The notes under the pieces are model-generated. The model worked only from the letters and a program-made list of their open reading frames with translations. It made no database searches and was not told the DNA's origin. DNA of 64,000 bases, from assembly GCA_965214705.1 (NCBI GenBank), contig CBDCCI010000002.1, forward strand, positions 2,272,001-2,336,000. Direction: 5' to 3'. Both the position numbers and the translations under genes were made by a program. Shown one piece after another: positions 50,001-59,423 of this stretch (position 1 is its first letter; each line of letters starts with the position of its first letter). Source of the stretch: Alphaproteobacteria bacterium. Lineage in GTDB: Bacteria; Pseudomonadota; Alphaproteobacteria; UBA828.

Positions 50001-51583
50001 GGGGCGGACAGCACCTCGCCGTCGCCGGTGACGGCCTCGTCGCCGGCCGGGTCCGCGTCGCCCTCGCAGCGCCGGACCGTCTCCCAGCCCGAGCCGATGC
50101 GGTAGTGCGCGGAGAGGTGTCGGGCGTGGGCCTCGCCCGCGAGCACCACGCTCTCGAGCTGGGCGTCCGACAGCAGTCCCTCGGTCACCACCCGTTCGGG
50201 CAGCAGCGGGCGGTAGGCCGGCGCCGGGTGCGCAACCGCGGCCATGGCGGCGGACTGCACGAGCGGGGTGGGATGGGCGATGGCGCCCGGCACGCACACG
50301 ACGCTCGGCCGCCACGGCGCGTAGGGGCCGGTGGCCGAGTCGGCGGCGAGCGCCCCCGTGCCGGCCTCGGGCGGGGCGGTCTCCACGGTGAGCTCGGAGA
50401 CCTCGCCCCAGTCGCGGGCGGACTTCGGTGCGGGCTCCCGGGACGGCTTCCGGGTGGTCCGCGGCGTCGTGGTCCGCGGGGCGGGCGCGGGGCCGAAGAG
50501 GTCCGCCGTGGGCGCGGGCTCGATGGGCAGGCGCGGCGGTACGTCCGCGATGACGGCATCGAGGAGGTCGGCCGCATCGGCGGCGCGGGCGCCGCGGTCG
50601 ACGGCGATACCGGGCTCGCGGCTCCGGTCGACGACGGTGAGCCGGGTGTCGAAGCCGGTGCCGCGCCGGGCGTAGGCGCGCCCGTCGACGGCCGTCGTGA
50701 AGACGACCCGGGCGTCGTCGAGCGAGGCGAAGGCGGCGGTCCACTCGGCGTCGCCCGGCACGCAGTTCGCCGACGTGATGGCGGCGAGCCGCCCGCCCGG
50801 CGGGAGCATCGAGAAGGCGGAGCGCAGGTGCCGCAGGTCCGCGTCGTGGCGGATCCGGGCAACGCCCGGCGTCGCCGAGAACGGCGGGTTCATGACGACG
50901 ACCGTGGGCCGCAGGCCGGCGAGGTGGTCGGCGACGGACTCCGCGTTGTGGCGGGTGACGCGCGCGTCGGGGAAGAGCGCGGCGAGCAGGCCGGCGCGGA
51001 CGGCCGCGATCTCGTTCAGGTGCAGCGCGCCGGCGGCGCGATGCCTAAGCGCGCACTCGGCCATCACCGCGAGCATGCCGGTGCCGGCGCTGGGCTCGAG
51101 CACGACATCGCCGGGGCGCACCGCGGCGGCCCGCAATGCGGCGTAGGCGAGCGGAAGCGGGGTGGAGAACTGCTGGAGCCGGACCTGCGCCTCGGAGCGC
51201 TTGGTGTGCGAGGGCTCGAGCGCCGCGACCGCGTCGAGCATCGCGAGCATGCGGCTTGGGCCGTCCGCTCCGGCGCCGGCCCGGCGGCGCATGGCGCGCC
51301 CGTAGCGCTTCAGGAACAGCACGACGGCGGCCTCGGCCGCCTCGTAGGCGTCCTTCCAGACCCAGGCGCCGGCGGTGTCGCTCGCCCCGAAGGCCGTGGT
51401 CATGGCGGTGCGCAGGGTCGCCGCGTCGAGCGCCCGGCCGGCTTCGAGCACCGGCACGAGGGCGGTGGCCGCGGCGAACAGGGCCGGAGCGCCGGCGGGC
51501 GTGTCCGGCACCGGCGCCGGGGCGGGCGCGAGGGGGTGCGCCGGGCGCGCGGGGGCGTCCGGCGCCGGGATGGCGTCGAGCAT
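47099..51583 (-). CDS. Strawberry-notch family methylase-helicase
   Basis: QQFSTP, LEPSAGTG and NPPF (MTase-like); LSDAQLE, GDGTGCGKGR, DEAH, SATGA, QGLGRTHR (helicase). Confidence 0.93.
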   Translation of the reverse strand: MLDAIPAPDAPARPAHPLAPAPAPVPDTPAGAPALFAAATALVPVLEAGRALDAATLRTAMTTAFGASDTAGAWVWKDAYEAAEAAVVLFLKRYGRAMRRRAGAGADGPSRMLAMLDAVAALEPSHTKRSEAQVRLQQFSTPLPLAYAALRAAAVRPGDVVLEPSAGTGMLAVMAECALRHRAAGALHLNEIAAVRAGLLAALFPDARVTRHNAESVADHLAGLRPTVVVMNPPFSATPGVARIRHDADLRHLRSAFSMLPPGGRLAAITSANCVPGDAEWTAAFASLDDARVVFTTAVDGRAYARRGTGFDTRLTVVDRSREPGIAVDRGARAADAADLLDAVIADVPPRLPIEPAPTADLFGPAPAPRTTTPRTTRKPSREPAPKSARDWGEVSELTVETAPPEAGTGALAADSATGPYAPWRPSVVCVPGAIAHPTPLVQSAAMAAVAHPAPAYRPLLPERVVTEGLLSDAQLESVVLAGEAHARHLSAHYRIGSGWETVRRCEGDADPAGDEAVTGDGEVLSAPVRFRRGWALGDGTGCGKGRQVAAVVLDQWHRGRKRALWLSQSDKLVEDARRDWTALGGRDEDVIALGKFRQGAEIPLDEGILFATYATLRSPARQGKPSRLDQIVGWLAGSLDEDDRHAFDGVIVFDEAHAMANAAGSKGNRGEVAPSQQGRAGLRLQRALPDARIAYVSATGATTVPGLAYAERLGLWAAGETPFETRTDFVSAMEAGGVAALEVVARDLKALGLYQARALSYDGVEVDILEHPLSDAQRRIYDAYAGAFKVIHHNIEAALKATGIVDEEATRNKNAKSAAMSAFEGAKQRFFGHLLTSMKCPSLIRAIEADLDAGRSVVVQLVSTGEALMERRIVEIPASELDDLHVDLTPRETVIEFLAHAFPVQLQEPFTDEDGNVLSRPVVDDDGHPVLCQEAVARRDALIEKLAALPPVPSALDQLVHHFGHDAVAEVTGRSRRVVKVTDARGLRLALRGRPASANLAETAAFMDGTKRILIFSMAGGTGRSYHADLACANTERRVHYLLESGWRADQAIQGLGRTHRTHQASAPLFRPVTTNVKGERRFIATIARRLDSLGAITRGQRDSQTAMGGGDATLFRASDNLESLYAKMALRQFYIALSLGHIPDWSVDRFQKATGLKLVHEGSLKEELPPMSRFLNRLLALPIDEQNALFAALETRIEANIEQAVEAGVFEVGVETVRADSLIASDRETLYTHPGTGAATELVEILRRDRLAPTTAETALALSEHEPGPDGKPRLVVNARSKRAAVVLSATSHMLDDGGVQERVRLVRPATRESMARHELDASHWRPADEATWRALWEHEVSELPTHRESRFWLAAGLLLPVWDRLPAENMRVRRLSTDDGDALIGRVLDAEQVRAVRGSFGLDTAFAMTGAEAFEAVMGRGTALALANGWRLARRRIMGADRIEIEGPADTDTATLRRMGCTVEIVSWRARAFAPGAQVLDRILERWPLAA

Positions 51584-51715
51584 GGCGTTCTCCGAATCGG
51601 GATGGTGGGAACCGCCGGGAAGGCGGCGCGGGGGCTGATTCCCGCGCGGCCTCCCCGGGCCTGCCCCCGGCCGGCCGGACGTCCTCCTGCCGGCGGGGAG
51701 CGGGATGCGCGGTGC

Positions 51716-52009
51716 TCAAGCCGGGACGGCGTTCCGACCCTCGGCCACGCGGGCGCGGCAGGCGGCGGTCAGGCGGGCGTACTCGGTGGTGTCGATGACC
51801 CCGCCCACGTCGAGTAGGAAGGCGAGCTGCAGGCCGATGAGCCGCACGGCGGGGTCGGTGCGCTGCGCGCCGCCCTCGCGGATGACCTGCCGGCAGGCGT
51901 GGCTGAGCGTGATGACGATGCCGCTTGGATTGCAGGCGCCCGTCTCGGCGATGAGGAGCGCGTCGCGGTGCCGGTCGAAGTCCGGCGGCAGATCGCCGAG
52001 GGCGCTCAC
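51716..52009 (-). CDS. Hypothetical protein
   Basis: GTG start coupled to the upstream stop; GACNPSGI...DPAVRLI. Confidence 0.6.
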   Translation of the reverse strand: MSALGDLPPDFDRHRDALLIAETGACNPSGIVITLSHACRQVIREGGAQRTDPAVRLIGLQLAFLLDVGGVIDTTEYARLTAACRARVAEGRNAVPA

Positions 52010-52344
52010 GGCGAGCCCCTGCGCACGGTGTCGACGAGGCCGTCGACCAGCGCGGGCTCGGCCCGGCAAGCGGCGCCCCAGCCACGCAGGTTGGCCTCGA
52101 CGTCGGACCACGAGCCGATGAGAGCGTTGAAGAACGGGTCCTCGGTGGTGGCGGCGTACACGCACTCCCCGCTCACCGCGACGCCGGTGACGGCGGGACG
52201 GGTCATGGCGGGCCGGCCGATGGCCCAGCAGAGCAGCGCCGCGAACTTCGGCGACAGGCGCTCGCCCTTCGCGGGGTCCATCGGGTGCGGGGCCGGCGGC
52301 GGAGCGGCAGGCGGAGCGCCGGCGGCGGATTGGGTGGCGGACAT
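52006..52344 (-). CDS. Hypothetical protein
   Basis: AAGGAG RBS; 112 aa. Confidence 0.65.
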   Translation of the reverse strand: MSATQSAAGAPPAAPPPAPHPMDPAKGERLSPKFAALLCWAIGRPAMTRPAVTGVAVSGECVYAATTEDPFFNALIGSWSDVEANLRGWGAACRAEPALVDGLVDTVRRGSP

Positions 52345-52375
52345 GGGGCGTCTCCTTGTGGTGGGAGGACATACG

Positions 52376-52411
52376 AAAACGCCCCGCCCCGGACGGGGCC
52401 GGGACGGGGCG
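52376..52411 (-). terminator. Probable terminator
   Basis: GC-rich stem CGCCCCG...CGGGGCG followed by TTTT on the minus strand. Confidence 0.55.
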
Positions 52412-52432
52412 CGGACGGGAGCGTGGGGGCGC

Positions 52433-52816
52433 TCAGGCGGCGACGCTCGTGTGGAGACCCGCGGCGGCGTCGAGCTCGGGGCCGTGCTCGACGATGTGCC
52501 CGGCGGTGCGCGCGGCCTGCGTGTAGACCGACATCGGGTGCTTGGCCTGGAAGTGCCGGTCGCGCTCGATACCCAAGCCCCAGCGCAAGCGGATGGCGGC
52601 GATCTCGGCGAGGCTCGAGTACCCGAGCTCCGGCGTGCCGAAGCCGAGATCGGCGAGGCCGAACAGCGTGTCGCCGTCCTCCGGGTCGAGCTCGTTGAAG
52701 AGCCACGTCGCCGCCCCGCAAGGGTTGAAGAACTTGACGACCGGCGGGTGGTCCTGGTCGCGGTTGCGGCCGTTGCGGAGCAGCCGCTCGCGGTGCTTCT
52801 TGGTGAGGAGCATCAT
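52433..52816 (-). CDS. DUF2958 domain protein
   Basis: PVVKFFNPCGAATWL, LFGLADLGFG.PELGY, IERDRHF. Confidence 0.88.
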   Translation of the reverse strand: MMLLTKKHRERLLRNGRNRDQDHPPVVKFFNPCGAATWLFNELDPEDGDTLFGLADLGFGTPELGYSSLAEIAAIRLRWGLGIERDRHFQAKHPMSVYTQAARTAGHIVEHGPELDAAAGLHTSVAA

Positions 52817-52830
52817 GGGGAGACCTCCGA

Positions 52831-53043
52831 TCAGTGGGCGGCGGGCCGGGCGGCCGTGCGGCAGGGCCCGAGCGCGACCGCGATGTCGTCGCCGTCGACG
52901 GTGACGGTGACCCGGCGATCGCGCGGGAAGAGCCAGTGGATCTCGGTCCAGACCGCATCGGCGATGGCGCGCTTGCATGCGTCGTCGCGGGACGGCGGCG
53001 CGGGGGCGCCGGTGTCCGGGCGGGGACGGGCGGGGGCGTGCAT
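52831..53043 (-). CDS. Small hypothetical protein resembling the C-terminus of the GHKL ATPase
   Basis: GGAGG RBS; IADAVWTEIHWLFPRDRRVTVTV. Confidence 0.55.
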   Translation of the reverse strand: MHAPARPRPDTGAPAPPSRDDACKRAIADAVWTEIHWLFPRDRRVTVTVDGDDIAVALGPCRTAARPAAH

Positions 53044-53200
53044 GGTGGGGTCCTCCGGTGGAACGAAGACGGGAGGAGGCGCCGGGGACGCTCCCGCGCC
53101 CCGGTCCTCCTTCGCCCGGGAGGAAGCCGGCCCCGGCTCCTGGCGGCGCCGGGGCGGCTTGGGCGGTGGACGGCCGGGCGGTGGTGGCCGGCGGGCGGGC

Positions 53201-53683
53201 TCAGTAGTCGAGGATGCGAACGATCGCCTTGCCGTGCCGCACCGTCGCGTGGGGCCTGCCCCGCGCATCGAGCGAGACGGTGACCACGGGCTTGCTGCCC
53301 GGAGGCGGCGGCGGGTCGGAGACTTCGGCGGTGACGGTGCCCGCGGCGTCGACGAAGCGAAGCCGCACCGTGCCGCCCGAGACCTCGATGCTCCCGGGCC
53401 GGCCGGGACCGGCCAGCGTCACCACCGGCGGGGCGCCGCGCTCGGTGAAGCGGTCCGGGATGGGAAGCGCGGAGAGCGGCCCGTCCCACGGATCTGCGCC
53501 GGCGCCGCGGCAGGCGGCGACCGCGAACGGGTCCGAGGCGTGGCCGGTGTCGTCCCAGCGCTCGTTGTCGTCGGCGTCGCGGATGGCGGCCGGAATCGCC
53601 TCTTCCAGCGACTCCGCCTCCACGGTGACGGTGGCGCCCCAGTAGCGGGCGAGGCTTAGCTGGACGGTCCAGGGCGTCTTCAT
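53201..53683 (-). CDS. Hypothetical protein
   Basis: MKTPWTVQLS...; ATGA-coupled to the ATPase gene. Confidence 0.65.
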   Translation of the reverse strand: MKTPWTVQLSLARYWGATVTVEAESLEEAIPAAIRDADDNERWDDTGHASDPFAVAACRGAGADPWDGPLSALPIPDRFTERGAPPVVTLAGPGRPGSIEVSGGTVRLRFVDAAGTVTAEVSDPPPPPGSKPVVTVSLDARGRPHATVRHGKAIVRILDY

Positions 53684-55425
53684 GACACGGCCCCCCCGGC
53701 GGGCTCGCCGAACGTCACCGTCACCCGGCGCTCGCGCACCGCGATGTCGGCGCCCCGGTCGTGGGGGATGAGCCAGAAGAGCTCGCGCGCGACCGCGGCG
53801 GCGATGGAGGTGCGCCGGGCCTCGTCGTCGGAGACCAGGAGGCGGGTCGCGATGTGCAGCGCCTCGGAGTCGAAGTCGTCGCGCTGCCGCTCCCACGAGT
53901 CGGCGTCCGCATCGTCGCTGGGCGAGAAGAAGCCCGCGCGCAGGAGCTCGGCGAGCGTCCAGGGCTCGAGCGTGCTGTCCGCGGCGACCAGCGGCAGGAC
54001 ATCGTGCACCCAGGACCCCGTGTCGCCCGCGAAGGCGAGGTCGGTCGGGAGGTCGAGGATGCGTCCCGCTCCCTCGGCCGGACGGACGGCGAGGCTGACG
54101 CAGATCGCACCGGGGCGCGGCGGCCGCGGTGTATCGGGCGCGCCCCAGCGCTCGGGCACGGGGTAGGCTTCGAGCGCGCAGGTGCGCCCGTCCACGGTGA
54201 TCTCCATGTGGAGGTTCACCACGCGTTCGATCGCGTCGTACCAGGCGTAGCCTTCGAGGCGGCGGTCGGGGTCGAACAGGCGCTCGGCGACGGCGTTGCG
54301 CCCGGCGGCCCTCGCGAAGACTTGCGCCTCGGGCGGCTCGGGGTCGCACGCCACGAGGAGCGCCCCGTCGCCGACCGGCTGGAGCTTCGGCGGCTCGCGC
54401 CAGTTGTCGATGTCGGCGATTCCGGCACGCCAGGGCTGGAGCTCGGCCGGCGGCGCGGCGATGGAGATGTCGGCCTCGTGCGCCCGCTTGCGGTCCTCGA
54501 ACGAGGGCCGCGGGTCCGGATCGGCGGCCATGGCGCGGTAGACGGCAAGGCGGGCGGCGGCGCGCATCTCGTCGAGGAACGGGGTCTCGACCGCTTCTTT
54601 CCGCGCGGGCAGCACGAGCTCGAGCTCGGGCGCGTCCTCGACGTCGGCGGCGACCGTCCAGCGCGGGCCATGCACCGACTCGACCGAGGGCAGGCGCACC
54701 GAGACGGTGGCGCCGTGGAAGTTCAGGTCGGGGTCGCTCAGGCCGATGCCGTTCCAGCGGTCCTTGAACACGCCGAAGACGAGCCCCCGCCAGCGCTCGG
54801 CATGCAGCGCGCCTTCGAGGAAAGGGCGGCGTTCGAGGAGCTCGCCCGTGGGCGGGGTGTGGCCCTCGCGCTCGAACACGACCGGCAGCGGGTAGTGCCA
54901 CGCCGCCGACCCGATGGCCTTGCGCACGGCATCGGCGCTCTCGGCGCCGGTGGTCTCGAACGTGACGGTGGTGCCGTGCGGCCAGGGCGCGGTGTCGTCG
55001 GGCAGGACAGTGGCTTCGGCGTCGCCCAGGAAGTGCTCGGGCGCGAGTGCGACGCGCCAGCCGGATGCCGTGGTGTGGTCGCAAGTGCGGGGCCGGGACG
55101 CGACGGTGCAGCCGCGGCGGGCGAGGCTCAACATCCCCATGCCGGCCGCGTCCTCGGACGCCACCAGGGCCTCGCTCCAGCCGTTCTCGCCGAAGCTGAG
55201 CAGGACCGATGCGTCGGCGATGCCGGTCCCGTCGTCGGTGACGGTCACCGCGAAGGGGCCGTCGCCGGGGCCGGCGACGACGACGCGCACGCGCGCGGCG
55301 CCGCCCCGGCGGGCGTTCTGAAGGAGCTCGGTGAAGACATCGCCCAAGGTCGCGGCGAAGGTCCTCGTCACGCGCCTGATGGCGCTGTCGTGGATGCGCG
55401 CGCGGATGCTTCGAGTGTCGTTCAT
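53680..55425 (-). CDS. GHKL (HATPase_c) ATP-binding protein
   Basis: ELLQNARR (N box), VTDDGTGI (G1), AGMGMLSL (G2), GTTV. Confidence 0.85.
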   Translation of the reverse strand: MNDTRSIRARIHDSAIRRVTRTFAATLGDVFTELLQNARRGGAARVRVVVAGPGDGPFAVTVTDDGTGIADASVLLSFGENGWSEALVASEDAAGMGMLSLARRGCTVASRPRTCDHTTASGWRVALAPEHFLGDAEATVLPDDTAPWPHGTTVTFETTGAESADAVRKAIGSAAWHYPLPVVFEREGHTPPTGELLERRPFLEGALHAERWRGLVFGVFKDRWNGIGLSDPDLNFHGATVSVRLPSVESVHGPRWTVAADVEDAPELELVLPARKEAVETPFLDEMRAAARLAVYRAMAADPDPRPSFEDRKRAHEADISIAAPPAELQPWRAGIADIDNWREPPKLQPVGDGALLVACDPEPPEAQVFARAAGRNAVAERLFDPDRRLEGYAWYDAIERVVNLHMEITVDGRTCALEAYPVPERWGAPDTPRPPRPGAICVSLAVRPAEGAGRILDLPTDLAFAGDTGSWVHDVLPLVAADSTLEPWTLAELLRAGFFSPSDDADADSWERQRDDFDSEALHIATRLLVSDDEARRTSIAAAVARELFWLIPHDRGADIAVRERRVTVTFGEPAGGAVS

Positions 55426-55511
55426 GTGCGGTTCTCCGTGGAGGAAGCAAAGACACAGGCGCCCCGCGCCGGACGATGCCGGGCGGGGCGCCTGCACGGG
55501 GGGTGGAACGC

Positions 55512-57995
55512 TCAGTGGACGCGGCGCAGGAACTCGGGGACGTCCGGCGCCTCGCTGCCGGCTCCGGTGCCGTTGGCGGGAGCGGCCTCCGGCCCCTCGG
55601 CGCCGCTCACCGCCTCCGGGCCGGCCTCGCCCTCGGCGTGGGCCGGAGCCGCGCGGCCGTTGCCGTTCGCGCCAGTGTGCGCTTGGGCGCCGTCGGCCCC
55701 GGCATCGGGCGCGGGGACGGCGGCGCCGTTCCCGTTGCGGGCCTCGCCCTCCGCGTGGACCGGTGCGGTGTGGCCATTGCCCTTCCGGGCCTCGGCCTGC
55801 GCTCGGGCGGCGGCGCGCTGCTCGGCGACGGCCGGGGACACGATGCCCTCGACCATCGAGGTGGTGCGCGGCTTGTCCTCGGGCGCGGCGTCGGCGGATG
55901 CGTCCGCGGGCGGGTCCCCGGCCTTCGCCGGCGCGGCATCGTCGGCGTCCGCGCCTCCGGCGTCGAACGCCGCGAACCCCGGCATCGTCCAGGCAAGCGC
56001 GGCGGCGTGCGCCGAGGCGCCCAGGCCCACCGGCGGCGGGCCGGCCGCGAAGGCGTCCTCCATCGCCTTCGCGAGGTCGGGCTTCTTGTACTTCGACCGG
56101 GCCGCCGCCCAGGCCGCGCCGAAGGTCTTGCGGGCGACGTCGAGGATGCGGCTCTTGGTGATGCGCGACCACAGCATCTCCGCCGTGGGGCGCACGTGCT
56201 TCGCGAAGTCGATGCCGAGCCGCGCGACCGTGGCCTCGAGCTCCGGCCGCGCGTCGTGCTCGAAGGCGAGCTGGCCCTTGACCGTGCGCGCGACCGCGGC
56301 CGCGAACAGCCGCTCCTTGTCCGCGCGCGGGAGCGCCTGCAACGCCGCGAAGCAGGCCGCGTCGTCGTCGCCCTCCATCCACGCGAAGGGCAGGTGCGAC
56401 CAGTCGGCGAGCATCGCCTCGCCCGGGCTCCACGCGGCGAAGCCGTCGTCGTTCGCCCGCGTCGAGGGCCGCTCGGCGGTCTCGTTGAACGCGATGTCGA
56501 GGGCGTGCCACGAGGCGGTGTAGCCCCGCGCGAACACGGCGCGCACCATCTGGAACACCACGAGGTCGAACGCGGCCTCGAAGTCGCCGGCGAGATGCGC
56601 CTTGATGAGCGCGGTGCGGATGGCGCGCAGATCGTCGGCGAGCCCGATGCCGACGCCGGCCTCCTCGCGCGCCTTGGTACGCGGATCGGGCGGCGATGCG
56701 AGGGGCGTCGAGAGGGCCGGCGCGTCAACGCGGCTGCCCGAATCGGTCGTGGCGTCGCCCTCGGTGTCCGCATCCCGGCCGTTCGCGTTCGCGGCGGGGG
56801 CGGACTCGGTCGGGATGTCCTCCGGCTTCACCAGCCCTTCGATGACGTGGAGCGAGCCGTCGCGGCCGATGGTGGCGATGCAGCCGGCCAGGCCCAAGTC
56901 CTCCGGGCGGAACGTGCACCGGCCGTCGACCTCGGCCTCGATCGCGTCGAGGCGCATCTCGATGCCCTCGGCCTCCTCCACGAGTTCGTCCGTCCACTCA
57001 TGCTCTTCCATGGTGGCGATCTCGTCGTGGCGGGTGCGAAGGCGCTCGATCTCGACCTTCTCGGCGTCGGTCGGCTCGGATGGCTGGGGGCGGATGCGCC
57101 CGTAACGGGCCGTCGCGCTCCAGTCGACCTCGACCATCGCCTCGGCCCACTTCCAGCGCGTCGCGAGCTCCGCGGCGGCGGCGGCGAGTCGCTGCGTGGC
57201 GAGCTCGGTCAGCAGCTTCGGGTCCTCCAGCCACACCCCGTTCTCGTACTCGTCGGCGAAGAGGTCGCGCAGCACCGGGCCGCCCGCGGCCTCGTAGGCG
57301 TCGACGCCGACGAAGCGGGCCATCGCGGCATTGGCCGGCACCCGCTCCTCGGTCAGCAGGCGCTTGACCGGCCAGGCGTTCGGGCGGTGACCCTGGCTCG
57401 TCACCTGCTCGAACACCGCGCGCTGGCGCTCGTGGTCGGTGGTGACCGCGAACGCCTTCAGCGTCTCGAGGTCGATGGCCTCGGCGCGGTAGGCGTCGAT
57501 GAGCTCGGGCGCGGCGTTGCCGAGCCGCAGGCGCTGCTCGACCAGGCGCTCGCTCACGCCGAAGCGCGCGGCGATGGCGGCGACGGTGGCGCCGGACCGG
57601 ACGAGGTCGGCGAAGGCGACCACCTGATCGGCCGGGTGCATGGGGAGGTGGTTGACGTTCTCCGCGGTCGAGAGCTCGGCGGCCTCCTCCTTCGCGACGA
57701 TCTTGCAGGGCACGGGGTGGTCGGCGTGCAGGGTGCCGTTCTCGGCGAGCGCCTTCAGCGCCCAGAAGCGGCGCCCGCCCGCGACCACGGCGAAGCGCTC
57801 GACGCCGTCCGCGTCGGGCGCGTCGGGGCGGGCGACGAGGTTCTTGAGCAGCCCGTGCGCGGCGATGGACGCCCGGAGCTGGGCTTGAGCGGACTCGTCG
57901 GGCGGGGTCTTGCGCACGTTCTCGGGCGCAAGCGCGAGCCGGCAGAGCGGGATGGCCCGGATGGCCGGCTCGGGCGTGGAAGTCGTCGGGTTCAT
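55512..57995 (-). CDS. ParB/RepB/Spo0J family protein (long, mobile-element type)
   Basis: PENVRK, LRASIAAHGLL.NL, VVAGGRR, ELSTAEN, HTH IAARFGVS...VEQRLRL. Confidence 0.9.
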   Translation of the reverse strand: MNPTTSTPEPAIRAIPLCRLALAPENVRKTPPDESAQAQLRASIAAHGLLKNLVARPDAPDADGVERFAVVAGGRRFWALKALAENGTLHADHPVPCKIVAKEEAAELSTAENVNHLPMHPADQVVAFADLVRSGATVAAIAARFGVSERLVEQRLRLGNAAPELIDAYRAEAIDLETLKAFAVTTDHERQRAVFEQVTSQGHRPNAWPVKRLLTEERVPANAAMARFVGVDAYEAAGGPVLRDLFADEYENGVWLEDPKLLTELATQRLAAAAAELATRWKWAEAMVEVDWSATARYGRIRPQPSEPTDAEKVEIERLRTRHDEIATMEEHEWTDELVEEAEGIEMRLDAIEAEVDGRCTFRPEDLGLAGCIATIGRDGSLHVIEGLVKPEDIPTESAPAANANGRDADTEGDATTDSGSRVDAPALSTPLASPPDPRTKAREEAGVGIGLADDLRAIRTALIKAHLAGDFEAAFDLVVFQMVRAVFARGYTASWHALDIAFNETAERPSTRANDDGFAAWSPGEAMLADWSHLPFAWMEGDDDAACFAALQALPRADKERLFAAAVARTVKGQLAFEHDARPELEATVARLGIDFAKHVRPTAEMLWSRITKSRILDVARKTFGAAWAAARSKYKKPDLAKAMEDAFAAGPPPVGLGASAHAAALAWTMPGFAAFDAGGADADDAAPAKAGDPPADASADAAPEDKPRTTSMVEGIVSPAVAEQRAAARAQAEARKGNGHTAPVHAEGEARNGNGAAVPAPDAGADGAQAHTGANGNGRAAPAHAEGEAGPEAVSGAEGPEAAPANGTGAGSEAPDVPEFLRRVH

Positions 57996-58201
57996 GCGAA
58001 TCTCCATGAATGGATGGATGGTTGGGCGCGGAGGACACGGCCCTCTCCGGCCGTTCCGCGCCCGCCCGGGGCCCGCCCCGCTCCGGCTCTCGGCGGCGCG
58101 TCCGCGGGGCGGAGCGGCCGGCGGCGGGCCGGAGGCGGGAGGCGGGATCGGCGCAGGCCCGGCGGCGGGCGTCTGGACCGGACCGCCGTGGATCGCGCGA
58201 T

Positions 58202-58723
58202 TTACGAGGAGGCCCGCCCGTCGCGGTCTACCCATCGCGGATCGACGACGCCGGCGAGCGCGAGCTCCGTCACGCGGCGCTCGGCATCGGGCAGCGCGCG
58301 CGGCGGCTCGTCGCGGGCGGCCTCGTACGAGAGTCCGAGCGAGACGAACAGGCGGGTGTCGGCGCGCCAGTCGCAGGCGGAGCGGCAGCATTGGCGCGTG
58401 GGGCTCGCGAGCCAGCCGAGAAAGCGCCCGGCGAGCCACACCGCGACCTCGTGGCGGCGCTCGGCGCCGCGCCACTTGACGACGCCGAACGACGGCGGCG
58501 ACAGGGGCCGGGCGAGGGTGGTGCCGGCCGCGGCCTCGTAGCGGCGCACCGCTTCGGCGAAGTCGGCGCCGGGGCCGTCGCGGCGCCACAGGTACTCTTG
58601 GCCCGCGAGCAGGAGGAAGGCGTCGAGGCGGGTGGCGGGACCGGGCGCCCGGTCGAGGAGGATGCGCGCGGCGCGCATCGTCGCGTCGGTGTCGAACGAC
58701 GCGGAGGGGTCAGGCATGGCCAT
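58202..58723 (-). CDS. Hypothetical protein
   Basis: GGAG RBS, preceded by the shared upstream motif. Confidence 0.55.
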   Translation of the reverse strand: MAMPDPSASFDTDATMRAARILLDRAPGPATRLDAFLLLAGQEYLWRRDGPGADFAEAVRRYEAAAGTTLARPLSPPSFGVVKWRGAERRHEVAVWLAGRFLGWLASPTRQCCRSACDWRADTRLFVSLGLSYEAARDEPPRALPDAERRVTELALAGVVDPRWVDRDGRASS

Positions 58724-59010
58724 GGGCGCGCTCCAGATTGCGAGGGGACGGAGAGGACCGGCGAACGCTCCCGCTCCCGGACCCTCCCTCGCCCGGCCCG
58801 GCGCCGGCCCCGCCTCCGGGCGGCGCCGCGCACAGCACGCGGGATGCATGGACGGGGGAGGCTCCGGCCGGCGGCCGGTCGGACGGTTCGATGGCGACTC
58901 GCCCGGAAGGCGGGGCGAGCGGGCCGGAGCCCAAACGGGGGAAGGCGCGGGGGCGCGGGGCGCGGCGGTCGTGGTGGAGAGCGTTCGGAAGCGGGGCGGG
59001 CGCGTGGCGC

Positions 59011-59349
59011 TCAGTGCAGCAGATCGGCGAGGCCGAGCTTCTCGAACGCCTGACGCAGCTCGTCGTGGCACACGGCGTCGATCTTCATCGGGCCGTGGCC
59101 GGCCTCGTCGGTCCAGCGGGCGAGCTCGCGGATCTCGGCGACGAACTCCTCGTCGGTCTCGCACACCGTGGTGGTCACGTCGCCCTCGCTGAAGCTGACG
59201 ATGGTGCGTTCAGCGGGCGAGCACCAGGTGCCGTAGTACGAGGCGTCCTGGCGCGAGTCGACCTGTGCGAAGCCGTTGCCGTACGAGCAGGGGCCGGTGT
59301 CGAAGTGGTAGCGGTCGGTGAGCGGCCGGAAGTCTCGGGTCGTCTTCAT
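59011..59349 (-). CDS. Conserved hypothetical protein
   Basis: DRYHFD...AQVDSRQDASYYGTW...SFSEGD. Confidence 0.75.
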   Translation of the reverse strand: MKTTRDFRPLTDRYHFDTGPCSYGNGFAQVDSRQDASYYGTWCSPAERTIVSFSEGDVTTTVCETDEEFVAEIRELARWTDEAGHGPMKIDAVCHDELRQAFEKLGLADLLH

Positions 59350-59423
59350 GGGATGGGCCTCGCTGGTGGGGGTGCGATGGAACGTGGGACCGGGGCGGAG
59401 ATGCATCGGGTGCCTCCCCGGCC

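Noticed and set aside
46961-51817. 1618-aa plus-strand ORF, and similar long ORFs at 5633-9007, 12532-15033, 53761-56523, 55476-58541 and 60377-62740
   Set aside because: Antisense shadows of well-supported genes in high-GC DNA; no motifs of their own.
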